Both the position numbers and the translations under genes were made by a program. This document shows, in pieces, positions 17,878 through 27,421 of a stretch of DNA of 64,000 nt. Position 1 is the stretch's first letter. Each line of letters starts with the position of its first letter. Location: positions 32,001 through 96,000 of the forward strand of contig CAWDSK010000002.1 in assembly GCA_963804995.1 (NCBI GenBank). The letters run 5' to 3'. The DNA comes from an uncultured Acidobacteriota bacterium. Its GTDB lineage: Bacteria; Acidobacteriota; Terriglobia; UBA7540. The notes under the pieces are model-generated. The model worked only from the letters and a program-made list of their open reading frames with translations, was not told the DNA's origin and did not search any database.

Positions 17878-19190
17878 AGTCCCTGCTGGCGGTGATCTTT
17901 GCTGGGCGGCGCAAGTCCGGGACGCTGGATTTGGAAGCCGTCGAGATGGCCACACGCGCGGCCTTGCACCGGGCGGGGGCGGCGGTGCTGGAGGAGTTGC
18001 TGGCCGCCCCGGACGAGTGCCCTCGCCAAGTTCCCTGCGGCTGTGGTCAGGGGGCACCCTACCGCGGCAGGCGTCGGAAGCAACTGCTGACCGTGCTGGG
18101 GCGGGTCGAGACCGAGCGTCCCTATTACGTTTGTCCGGCCTGTCACCGGGGACAGAGTCCCCGCGATCAGGAACTGGATGTGGAGGGCACGGAATATTCT
18201 CCTGGGGTGCGACGGATGATGGCGGTGGTGGGCAGCGAAACCTCCTTTGCGCTCGGTCGAGAACAACTGCAACTGCTGGCCGGGTTGGAGGTGACCACCA
18301 AGGCCGTGGAACGGCAGGCAGAGGCTCTGGGCGCCGAGATTGCTGCCCAGGAACAAGCCTCGATCCAGCAAGGCCTGCAACGGAACTTGCCGCAGGTGAG
18401 GGGACCGGAAATTCCGGTACTCTATGTGGAGATGGATGGGACGGGAGTACCGGTGGTGAGTTCGGAAACCGAGGGTCGAGCGGGGAAACAGAGCGAGCAA
18501 GCGCGCCCGCGGGAAGTGAAATTAGGTTGTGTCTTCGCCCAGACGACACGGGATGCCCGGGGCCGACCGGCGCGCGAAGAAGGCTCCACCACCTACACGG
18601 GAGGCATCGAAACGGCCGAGGTTTTTGGGCGGCGCATCTACCTCGAAGCATATCGTCGGGGCTGGAACCGGGCCCAAAAGAAAGTGGTGATCGGCGATGG
18701 TGCTCCTTGGATTTGGAACCTCACCGCCGAGCACTTTCCGGGAGCCATTCAGATTGTGGATCTTTATCATGCCCGACAGCACTTATGGGAGCTGTCGGGC
18801 CAGCTCTGGCCCACCGACGAGCGCCACCGCCGAAGGTGGACCAGAAAACGGGAGGAGAAGTTGGAGAGCGGGCGGATCGAATCCCTAGTGCGCGATTTGC
18901 GCTCGCTGTTCCCAGCCACGCCCGAAGCCGCCGAACTCTTGCGCCACGCGGCAGATTATTTTACCGTCAACGCCCAACGGATGCGCTATCCGACCTTTCG
19001 GCGTCAGCATCTGTTCGTAGGTTCCGGGGTTGTCGAAGCCGGCTGCAAAACCCTCATCGGCACTCGGCTGAAGCGCTCCGGTATGTTCTGGAGGGTCCGC
19101 GGGGCCAATGCCATCATCGCCCTTCGCTGCCATCGCTTGAGCGGCAAATTCGAGGATTACTGGGAGAACCGTCGCCCCCGCGCGGCCTGA
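17862..19190 (+). CDS. ISKra4-family (Mutator-like DDE) transposase, orfB
   Basis: CGCG...YYVCPACH Zn motif, YVEMDGTGVP, REVKLG, IGDGAPWIW, VDLYHARQHL, RMRY, GSGVVEAGCK, RLKRSGMFW. Confidence 0.92.
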   Translation: MAREVESLLAVIFAGRRKSGTLDLEAVEMATRAALHRAGAAVLEELLAAPDECPRQVPCGCGQGAPYRGRRRKQLLTVLGRVETERPYYVCPACHRGQSPRDQELDVEGTEYSPGVRRMMAVVGSETSFALGREQLQLLAGLEVTTKAVERQAEALGAEIAAQEQASIQQGLQRNLPQVRGPEIPVLYVEMDGTGVPVVSSETEGRAGKQSEQARPREVKLGCVFAQTTRDARGRPAREEGSTTYTGGIETAEVFGRRIYLEAYRRGWNRAQKKVVIGDGAPWIWNLTAEHFPGAIQIVDLYHARQHLWELSGQLWPTDERHRRRWTRKREEKLESGRIESLVRDLRSLFPATPEAAELLRHAADYFTVNAQRMRYPTFRRQHLFVGSGVVEAGCKTLIGTRLKRSGMFWRVRGANAIIALRCHRLSGKFEDYWENRRPRAA

Positions 19191-19318
19191 CCCACACAGA
19201 TTTGTCGCACACCCCTACGCAGGGGGTGCGCGACATAAATGTAACGCTCTGGGCTGGCTCTTTTTTTGTCGCTTATATCCTAACGTATATGATACGTTAG
19301 GATAGAGGAGGCCTTAAC

Positions 19319-19723
19319 ATGCCCCAATCCCTTGACGTCCTGGAGAACCAACGGGCGGAGTTGATCCGCCAGATCGCCCAACTGGGTGACCTCCGCAGTG
19401 GTTCGATCACCAGCATTACCGCCCGCTGCGGCAAGTCCAACTGTCACTGTCATCAGCCCCATCATCCCGGCCACGGCCCTAACTTCCGGCTCACTTACAA
19501 GGTGCAGGGCCGGACCGTCAGCGAAACCTTCCCCAGCCCTGCCGCCCGGCACCAGGCGGAACGACAGATTGCCGAGTTCCGCAGGTTTCAACAACTGCGC
19601 CGGGCCTTCGTGGAGGTGAACGAAAAAATCTGCCGTCAGCGCCCCCTCCCCCAGGAGGCCGAAGCGGCGGAGCAGGAAAAAAAACGGCGGAAGCCATTCA
19701 GCGGGAAGTGGCGCGAGAAGTAG
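19319..19723 (+). CDS. IS orfA (DUF6788-like), intact
   Basis: RBS GAGGAGG then ATG; CGKSNCHC motif; ends across an A8 tract overlapping orfB. Confidence 0.85.
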   Translation: MPQSLDVLENQRAELIRQIAQLGDLRSGSITSITARCGKSNCHCHQPHHPGHGPNFRLTYKVQGRTVSETFPSPAARHQAERQIAEFRRFQQLRRAFVEVNEKICRQRPLPQEAEAAEQEKKRRKPFSGKWREK

Positions 19724-21036
19724 AGTCCCTGCTGGCGGTGATCTTTGCTGGGCGGCGCAAGTCCGGGACGCTGGATTTGGAAGCCGTCGAGATGGCCACA
19801 CGCGCGGCCATGCACCGGGCGGGGGCGGCGGTGCTGGAGGAGTTGCTGGCCGCCCCGGACGAGTGCCCTCGCCAAGTTCCCTGCGGCTGTGGTCGGGGGG
19901 CCCCCTACCGCGGCAGGCGTCGGAAGCAACTGCTGACCGTGCTGGGGCGGGTTGAGACCGAGCGTCCCTATTACGTTTGTCCGGCCTGTCACCGGGGACA
20001 GAGTCCCCGCGATCAGGAACTGGATGTGGAGGGCACGGAATATTCTCCTGGGGTGCGACGGATGATGGCGGTGGTGGGCAGCGAAACCTCCTTTGCGCTC
20101 GGTTGAGAACAACTGCAACTGCTGGCCGGGTTGGAGGTGACCACCAAGGCCGTGGAACGGCAGGCAGAGGCTCTGGGCGCCGAGATTGCTGCCCAGGAAC
20201 AAGCCTCGATCCAGCAAGGCCTGCAACGGAACTTGCCGCAGGTGAGGGGACCGGAAATTCCGGTACTCTATGTGGAGATGGATGGGACGGGAGTACCGGT
20301 GGTGAGTTCGGAAACCGAGGGTCGAGCGGGGAAACAGAGCGAGCAAGCGCGCCCGCGGGAAGTGAAATTAGGTTGTGTCTTCGCCCAGACGACACGGGAT
20401 GCCCGGGGCCGACCGGCGCGCGAAGAAGGCTCCACCACCTACACGGGAGGCATCGAAACGGCCGAGGTTTTTGGGCGACGCATCTACCTCGAAGCATATC
20501 GTCGGGGCTGGAACCGGGCCCAAAAGAAAGTGGTGATCGGCGATGGTGCTCCTTGGATTTGGAACCTCACCGCCGAGCACTTTCCGGGAGCCATTCAGAT
20601 TGTGGATCTTTATCATGCCCGACAGCACTTATGGGAGCTGTCGGGCCAGCTCTGGCCCACCGACGAGCGCCACCGCCGAAGGTGGACCAGAAAACGGGAG
20701 GAGAAGTTGGAGAGCGGGCGGATCGAATCCCTAGTGCGCGATTTGCGCTCGCTGTTCCCAGCCACGCCCGAAGCCGCCGAACTCTTGCGCCACGCGGCAG
20801 ATTATTTTACCGTCAACGCCCAACGGATGCGCTATCCGACCTTTCGGCGTCAGCATCTGTTCGTAGGTTCCGGGGTCGTCGAAGCCGGCTGCAAAACCCT
20901 CATCGGCACTCGGCTGAAGCGCTCCGGTATGTTCTGGAGGGTCCGCGGGGCCAATGCCATCATCGCCCTTCGCTGCCATCGCTTGAGCGGCAAATTCGAG
21001 GATTACTGGGAGAACCGTCGCCCCCGCGCGGCCTGA
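19708..21036 (+). pseudogene. ISKra4 transposase with nonsense mutation
   Basis: CGA (Arg, copy 1) is TGA at 20104-20106. Confidence 0.88.
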
Positions 21037-21146
21037 CCCACACAGATTTGTCGCACACCCCTACGCAGGGAAGTTCATTCGGCCGAGGAGCAGGTAACCC
21101 GGAGTCTGTGCCATTTGCGGTATTGCGAGAATAAGAATGATTCGGT

Positions 21147-21435
21147 CGTAGGGTCGCGGCTCCACCGTGCCGCGCTTGCTTCGAGACTCTGAGGTGGGAC
21201 TACAGTAAGTTGGCGTGGGAGGGGGAGGCGGGAAATCTGCCCGTCCGGCTTGACGAGAGGTGAGGCGATCAGCCTCGGCGAGGGGCGAAGAGGTCAGGTC
21301 AGCATCGCCTGCGCGCCTACTCTACCGTTGCAGGCCGCGACTTTTTGTCATGGTGCGACATGTCCCACATGTTGCTCTCCGCGGGGCATAGCGCGCCAGG
21401 TCCCACTTAATTCCCCACCTTCCCCCGTTTTGCAC
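21147..21435 (+). repeat. Dispersed repeat containing degenerate group II intron domains V-VI (copy A)
   Basis: GCGGGAAATCTGCCCGTCCGGCTTGACGAG...CCTACTCTAC (ends 21325), then a tail shared with 56500-56614. Confidence 0.65.
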
Positions 21436-21504
21436 CCTGAGGTTTCGTCAACGACCCCGCGGCGGTTCACCTTCCCCCCTCGGGCGAGCGGCAGTGAATT
21501 CAAG

Positions 21505-22902
21505 TCAACCTTTCCTCAGCCGCGGAGTGCTGCGCGTCAGCTCCACTCCCGATCCCACGAGACGTTCATGATCCCACTGCGTGGTGGGTTCAAAGTAGCC
21601 GGTTCCGGGCATCAGGTGTTGTCTCACCATGTCTTCGTTGAGGGTGATGCCAAGCCCCGGTTTGTCCGGCACGGTGATCCAGCCATGATTGACAATCGGC
21701 TTCTCCACGCCCTCCACCATATCGCTCCACCAGGGCACATCGAGCGAATGGTTTTCAAGCGCCAGGAAGTTCAGCGTGGACGCGGCGCAGTGCACGTTGG
21801 CCATGCAGCTCACGGGCGTCCCGGCAAAGTGCATGGCCATGGGCACCGCGTATTCCCACGCCATGTCCCCGATTTTCTTGGTCTCAAGGATGCCACCCGA
21901 AGTGGCCAGATCAGGATGAATCTTACTGACGGCACGATTCGCACAGAGAACCTGGAAGCCCTCCTTGAGGTAAATATCCTCGCCCGTCAGAATGGGCGTG
22001 GGACTCTGGTCGGAGATCTGTTTCAGCAGGTCGGTTAACTCCCAGGGAATCACGTCTTCGATCCAGGAAAGGTTGTACTTCTCGTACGCCTTGCCGAGGC
22101 GAATGATCGACTTCACGCCGAGGTGGCCCAGGTGATCCATGGAAAGTGGAATCTCCATGCCCACGGCATCGCGCACCGCGGCAACATACTCTTCGAGCAG
22201 CGCGATGCCCTTGTCCGTGACTTCCATCGCGAGGAGAGGATGTGGCACCTCCTCCTTCTCCCATTCGCTCAGGCCGGAGCGCATGGTCACGGTGCCGGGC
22301 TTGTCCGCCACCATTTCGACTCCCAAATCCATTTTGAGCCAAGTAAGGCCCATGACGTCTTTGCGCTCCTTCATTCTCTGGGCATAGATTTTGGGGTCAT
22401 TGGACTCCGTAGTATCTGCGTAGACGCGGATCTTGTCGCGGACCTTGCCGCCCATCATGACGTAGACGGGCACGTTGTAAACCTTGCCCGCAATATCCCA
22501 TAGGGCCATCTCAACGCCGCACACGCCGCCCGCCTGGCGCGCCGGTCCGCCGAATTGCTTGATCTTGCGGAAGATTCGATCCACCTGAAGAGGGTTCTCG
22601 CCGAGGAGCCGGTTTTTCAGCATCAGCGCATAAGTGGCACTGGCGCCATCGCGGACCTCGCCGAGTCCGTACACTCCCTGATTGGTGTCGATGCGAATGA
22701 TGGGGCAAGGGCCAGGCCCGGGCTTCACCACCGTCGCCACTCGCAGGTCCGTGATCTTCAGGGTTGAAGGGCTGGAATTCGTGTTGACGCCTTTGGGGTA
22801 GGCCTCCATCGGCTCGCCGCCGAGGAGCGCGCCCCCCAACGCGGCCGCAGAGCCTTTCAATATTCCGCGACGGTTCATCAGGTAGGGATCGGATTTATTC
22901 AT
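21505..22902 (-). CDS. Mandelate racemase/muconate lactonizing (enolase superfamily) enzyme with Tat-like signal
   Basis: NRRGILKG; GLGEVRDG, EMALWDIAGK, LKMDLG, WIED, TGED, HPDLATSGG, PDKPGLG. Confidence 0.9.
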   Translation of the reverse strand: MNKSDPYLMNRRGILKGSAAALGGALLGGEPMEAYPKGVNTNSSPSTLKITDLRVATVVKPGPGPCPIIRIDTNQGVYGLGEVRDGASATYALMLKNRLLGENPLQVDRIFRKIKQFGGPARQAGGVCGVEMALWDIAGKVYNVPVYVMMGGKVRDKIRVYADTTESNDPKIYAQRMKERKDVMGLTWLKMDLGVEMVADKPGTVTMRSGLSEWEKEEVPHPLLAMEVTDKGIALLEEYVAAVRDAVGMEIPLSMDHLGHLGVKSIIRLGKAYEKYNLSWIEDVIPWELTDLLKQISDQSPTPILTGEDIYLKEGFQVLCANRAVSKIHPDLATSGGILETKKIGDMAWEYAVPMAMHFAGTPVSCMANVHCAASTLNFLALENHSLDVPWWSDMVEGVEKPIVNHGWITVPDKPGLGITLNEDMVRQHLMPGTGYFEPTTQWDHERLVGSGVELTRSTPRLRKG

Positions 22903-22944
22903 CGTAGTCTCGCCTCCATATATTGAGAATCAGTCCCAGGGCGC

Positions 22945-23847
22945 TTACTCTTCCGGCATCCGCATTTTCAGGCCTTTCTCTTCCAGCCATTTGTTGAACT
23001 CCTGAATCATCGGCTTCGTCCACTTGCGATCGATCTGGCCGGGCGTGTACTTGCCCTCGCGCAGCATCTGGTGCCCCCACTCATCCACACGATGGGTCAT
23101 TTGCGCTTTGTCGATGACCTCCTGGGCGAGTTGGGGAGGGATGAAGGTAATTCCCTCCGGATCGCTCACGACTACGTCGCCGGGCAGCACCATGACATGG
23201 CCGATGCGGATGGGCACATTGATACCCATCAGCGTAGTGTCGCGCAAGGCGGAGGGATCGAAGTCACGGACGAAGACGTGCATGCCTTTGATTTCGGAAA
23301 TGCCCGTGAAATCCCGCACCGCGCCATCCACCACCAGCCCGTTGTGACTCATCGTGTAGATGGCGGTGGAGAGGTTGTCACCGGCATACGTCCCGTCCTT
23401 GATTTTCCCGAAGAGGTCCACCACCAGCACGTCACCGGGCGAGAGCATGTCAATCGGCCAGGAGTTCTGGGCCCCGACACGCCCCTCTGCCTTGCCCCTT
23501 TCGTCAATGATGGAGTTCACGTCGGGCCTCTGGGGCATGAAGACGGCCGTAAACACGCGGCCTACCATCCGCCCTCCCGGATTAATCTCGCGCCAGCCGC
23601 CTTCGAACTGATTTTTGAAGCCATGCCTCTGCAACGTTCCCCAGGCTTCCTCGGCATCCACATCCTTCAGCCCCTCGAGGATGGAGTCGGGTGCTTTCGG
23701 ACGACCGTCGGGAAATCGTTCTCCCTTCCACTCGCGTGTCAGGGCTATGCGCTGTTCGTTTGTGAACATGCCCAGTTGCGGAAATGCTGTCTTGGCAAAC
23801 GAGAAGACCAAAGCTACCACCAACGTGACTCGAATCCTCGCAGTCAT
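22945..23847 (-). CDS. RraA/HMG-aldolase family protein with signal peptide
   Basis: PGDVLVVD, GDNLS, VVDGAVRD, NVPIRIG, PGDVVVSD.EGITFIP. Confidence 0.88.
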   Translation of the reverse strand: MTARIRVTLVVALVFSFAKTAFPQLGMFTNEQRIALTREWKGERFPDGRPKAPDSILEGLKDVDAEEAWGTLQRHGFKNQFEGGWREINPGGRMVGRVFTAVFMPQRPDVNSIIDERGKAEGRVGAQNSWPIDMLSPGDVLVVDLFGKIKDGTYAGDNLSTAIYTMSHNGLVVDGAVRDFTGISEIKGMHVFVRDFDPSALRDTTLMGINVPIRIGHVMVLPGDVVVSDPEGITFIPPQLAQEVIDKAQMTHRVDEWGHQMLREGKYTPGQIDRKWTKPMIQEFNKWLEEKGLKMRMPEE

Positions 23848-23902
23848 ATTTCCTCTCCTTATAGATAGAACTTAAGATGGATTAAAACCGAAGCCCGACT
23901 AA

Positions 23903-24811
23903 GAGCTTATCCGTAAATAATAATCGTCTGTCGCCAGCAGATCATGGCCGCGGCTAAGGTTAGTAGGGCGACGTAGCTTTCCTCGGTCTTTTCAAAGCTC
24001 ACCAACACCTTACGGTATCGGTTGAGCCAGGAATGGGTCCGCTCGACCACCCAGCGGCGCGCCTTGTAACCGGGGACGAGGCGCTTTGCTTTCATCTCTT
24101 CTCGCCGTTGCTTGATATGCGGCCGGTAGTGGCGGTTCGTGGCCGCTTGCCGAGCGGGGGATCCCTTGTAACCCGCATCGGCGCAGAGGTGCTGGGGCTT
24201 TCTCGGTCTCGGCGCCGGTCGCGCTCTCACCACCTGGTCGAGGGTGGTGGCCAGCAGCTTCACATCATGGACGTTGGCTCCGCTGACGGCGAGCGACAGT
24301 GGGACGCCACGCCCGTCGACTAACAAACTTCGCTTGCGCCCATTTTTTTCCCCAATCCGTGGGATTCGGTCCCACACACGCCAAGGCCAGAGGGGCTTTC
24401 ACCAAGGCCCCGTCGATGCTTTGCCAGTCCCAGGCAATGCCCTCCAGATCATCGTACTCAGCCAGCCCCGACCGCCACAGCGCCAGAAAGAAACCCGCCC
24501 GCTGCCACTGTTGAAAATGCTTGTGGATCGCGCTCGCGCTGCCGAATTCCTTGGGCAAGGCCCTCCACTGACACCCCGTGCGTAGCACATACACAATGGC
24601 CGAGAAGATCCGGCGCGCCGGCATCGGCTTCCTCCCACCCCCCGGCTTCCGCCTATACTTTCGGCCTTTCGACCGCTGTCGAACGGGAATCAGCGGTTCG
24701 ACTTTCACCCAAAACTCGTCGGATACTTCCCAAGATTTTATCTGCGGCATCTTGGGTCATAATCATGCATCAAATTGTAGCAGGCTTCAACTATTATTTA
24801 CGGATAAGCTC
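23903..24811 (-). mobile_element. IS5-family element (IS427-like, two ORFs)
   Basis: Perfect 20-bp TIRs GAGCTTATCCGTAAATAATA; TAA duplicated at 23900-23902 and 24812-24814. Confidence 0.93.
23907..24750 (-). CDS. IS5 transposase, orfA/orfB joined by a -1 frameshift
   Basis: orfA YVLRTGCQWRALP...SIDG; orfB GRKRSLLVDGRGVPL, ADAGY, RWVVERTHSWL; A7 slippery run (T7 at 24343-24349). Confidence 0.9.
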
Positions 24812-25010
24812 TAAGCCTATCACAAATTGAAATCAGCTTGAACGGGCATCCGAGCCTGCCAGGGAACAAAGTTCCCCAGAACAAAGTTCCCCACCGCGCG
24901 CGAAGGCCAAAACTCTGTTATTCTGCGAAGCTTCGAGGCGCCCTCTGGGGAGGCCATCGAGGGTCGTGCTGAAACGCGGAACGCCAACAACTCCACATAA
25001 AGGTCATGCC

Positions 25011-25424
25011 ATGAAATCCCATACGGAATATCTGTGGTTTAACACCAAGAAGCATCGCGAGTTCATCAACATTACGGATGAGGTGGAACAAGCACTCGCC
25101 AAATCGCAAGTCAAAGAGGGCCTGATCCTCGTCTCGGCCATGCACATCACGGCGGGCGTCTACGTGAACGACGCGGAAGACGGCCTGATTGCCGACATTG
25201 ACGAGTGGCTCGAAAAACTGGCGCCCTTCCGCGCCGACTACCGCCATCACCACACGGGTGAGACCAACGGCGACTCCCACCTGAAAAACCTGCTGGTCGG
25301 GCATCAGGTTATCCTGCCAGTCACCAACGGCAAGCTTGATTTCGGCCCTTGGCAGCAGGTTTATTACGCTGAGTTCGACGGCCAACGGCGCAAAAAAGTG
25401 TTGGTTAAGATTATCGGGGAGTGA
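25011..25424 (+). CDS. yjbQ: YjbQ/UPF0047 family protein
   Basis: [27 protein letters not shown]. Confidence 0.9.
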   Translation: MKSHTEYLWFNTKKHREFINITDEVEQALAKSQVKEGLILVSAMHITAGVYVNDAEDGLIADIDEWLEKLAPFRADYRHHHTGETNGDSHLKNLLVGHQVILPVTNGKLDFGPWQQVYYAEFDGQRRKKVLVKIIGE

Positions 25425-26437
25425 GATTCCGCATGCCGCCCATTATCGAAGTCCAGGATCTGACGAAGGAGTTCCGAACCTTCCGACGGCGCGAAGGCGT
25501 CCTGGGAGCCGTGCAGAACCTGTTCGTTCGGGAATACGTGACGGTGCACGCGGTCGACCACGTGAGCTTCTCCATTGAGCCCGGCGAGATGGTGGGTTAC
25601 ATTGGGGCCAATGGGGCAGGCAAATCCACGACCATTAAGGTGCTGACCGGCATCCTGGTCCCAAGCGGCGGCCGTGTCGTCTCCAATGGCTTCGTTCCTT
25701 ACCGCGAGCGCCGCCAGTACACGAAACATATCGGCGTCGTCTTTGGCCAGCGCACCCAGCTCTGGTGGGACATCGCGGTCGTGGAGTCCTTCAAGCTGCT
25801 CAAGGAGATTTACGAAATCCCCGAAAGCGATTTTCGCCGGCGGCTGGATTTGTTCGGCGAGATGCTGAACCTGAAGGAATACCTGCACACGCCGGTGCGC
25901 AAGCTGAGTCTGGGTGAGCGCATGCGCTGCGATCTGGCGGCTTCCCTGCTGCACAATCCTCCCGTGCTCTTCTTGGACGAGCCGACTATCGGCCTCGACG
26001 TCGTGGCCAAGGAGCGCATCCGCGAGTTCCTGAAGGAGGTCAACCGTACCGAGGGCACCACCGTGCTGCTGACCACGCACGACCTCTCCGACATTGAAGA
26101 GCTGTCGCGGCGCATCATCATTATCGACAAGGGCCATATCCTGTTCGACGGCGACCTGCCCGCCATGAAGAAGCGCCTGGCAAAATACACCCAGGTAAAG
26201 TTCTTCCTGAAGGACCGCTCGCAGGTTGCGCGCCTGGATCAGGTCCAAACCAACGGCATCCTCTGTGAGCGCCTTGACGAGCTCACCTACTTCATCCGCT
26301 TTGATCGCGACCGGATCTCCACTGCCGAGGTGATTCGGCAGATTGTCAACACGCTGGAAGTGCGCGACATCTTCATCGAAGAGGAACCCATTGAAGAAAT
26401 CGTCAAGCGCATCTACCTGAGCGGCGAGGTGGCCTGA
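25421..26437 (+). CDS. ABC transporter ATP-binding protein (ABC-2 type)
   Basis: [35 protein letters not shown]. Confidence 0.93.
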   Translation: MRFRMPPIIEVQDLTKEFRTFRRREGVLGAVQNLFVREYVTVHAVDHVSFSIEPGEMVGYIGANGAGKSTTIKVLTGILVPSGGRVVSNGFVPYRERRQYTKHIGVVFGQRTQLWWDIAVVESFKLLKEIYEIPESDFRRRLDLFGEMLNLKEYLHTPVRKLSLGERMRCDLAASLLHNPPVLFLDEPTIGLDVVAKERIREFLKEVNRTEGTTVLLTTHDLSDIEELSRRIIIIDKGHILFDGDLPAMKKRLAKYTQVKFFLKDRSQVARLDQVQTNGILCERLDELTYFIRFDRDRISTAEVIRQIVNTLEVRDIFIEEEPIEEIVKRIYLSGEVA

Positions 26438-27294
26438 TGCCGGCCGCCACTATTGCCAGTTCGCCCGGAAGTGGACAGGCCCCCGCCTTCCGCTGGAAGC
26501 GCCTGCGCGTTTACCTGGAGTTCAGCCGTGTGGGCTTTGTGAACGCCCTCGCTTACCGGTTGCGCTACTTTACGGGAATTGTTACATATTTCATATACGT
26601 ATCCGTATATTACTTTATTTGGAAAGCTATTTACGAGCACAGCGCCGCGATTGAGGGGTTTGACTTCCCGCACCTGTTGACCTACATCGGCGTGGGCTGG
26701 ATCATCCGCTCCTTCTACTTCAACACCATTGACCAGGAAATTGCCTATCAAGTCATCGAAGGCCGCCTGGCGATGGACCTCATCAAGCCCGTTAACCTTC
26801 AGGGGATGTATCTGGCGCGCGCCGCGGGGGAGTCCGTCTTCCGCCTCGGCATGCTCACCGTGCCGACGGCTGTCGTGCTGTTTCTGGTCTACCCCCTGAA
26901 GGGGCCCGCGAGCCCCGGACACGCCTGCGCATTTCTGGTCAGCGTGATTTTGAGTTTTCTGATCGTGGCCGCCGTCAACTTTGCTGTGGGAACCTTCGCG
27001 TTGCGCCTGCAATCCATCCTCGGCCTCCTGCGCGCCAAGTTCTTCCTGTTGGAACTGTTTTCGGGACTTTTGTTGCCCATTTCTTTCTTCCCGGCCATCT
27101 TTCAAAAGATTTTTGCCGTGCTACCCTTTCAATACATCAGCTACATCCCCATGTTGATATACTTGGGCAAACTTCAGGGCGCGGATCTCGTTCGCGCCCT
27201 TGCCCTACAGGTATTCTGGGTAGCAATCCTGCTGGCCACCGGCGACGGGATGTGGAGATGGTCAAGCAAGAAGGTTACCATCCAGGGTGGCTAG
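26437..27294 (+). CDS. ABC-2 family permease (DUF990-like)
   Basis: About six TM segments, LAYR, G.LAMDLIKP, LPFQYI, C-terminal IQGG. Confidence 0.88.
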   Translation: MPAATIASSPGSGQAPAFRWKRLRVYLEFSRVGFVNALAYRLRYFTGIVTYFIYVSVYYFIWKAIYEHSAAIEGFDFPHLLTYIGVGWIIRSFYFNTIDQEIAYQVIEGRLAMDLIKPVNLQGMYLARAAGESVFRLGMLTVPTAVVLFLVYPLKGPASPGHACAFLVSVILSFLIVAAVNFAVGTFALRLQSILGLLRAKFFLLELFSGLLLPISFFPAIFQKIFAVLPFQYISYIPMLIYLGKLQGADLVRALALQVFWVAILLATGDGMWRWSSKKVTIQGG

Positions 27295-27421
27295 CGGACA
27301 GCAAGCGATATAGAATGGGCGGGGGAATGTGAAAACTTGGTGGGCGGTAACATCCAATTCTTGACCATGGTCACAGAGCGTACCCTGGTCGTTGGGGACC
27401 GTAGAGTAGGAGAGTGAAGAC

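Larger units (their letters stand above)
17377..19214 (+). mobile_element. ISKra4-family insertion sequence, copy 1
   Basis: Imperfect TIRs GGGTGCGCGACATAAATGT / ACAGATTTGTCGCACACCC; 9-bp CTACGCAGG at 17368-17376 and 19215-19223. Confidence 0.9.
19224..21060 (+). mobile_element. ISKra4-family insertion sequence, copy 2 (tandem)
   Basis: Near-identical to copy 1; bounded by CTACGCAGG at 19215-19223 and 21061-21069. Confidence 0.9.

Noticed and set aside
18017..19300. 427-aa alternative-frame ORF within the IS (and 19977-21134)
   Set aside because: Low-complexity GC-driven frame overlapping the transposase and crossing the IS end
21147..21325. Functional group II intron
   Set aside because: Domain V 5' arm is degenerate; no GUGCG 5' end, domain I or RT ORF; IS sequence lies just upstream
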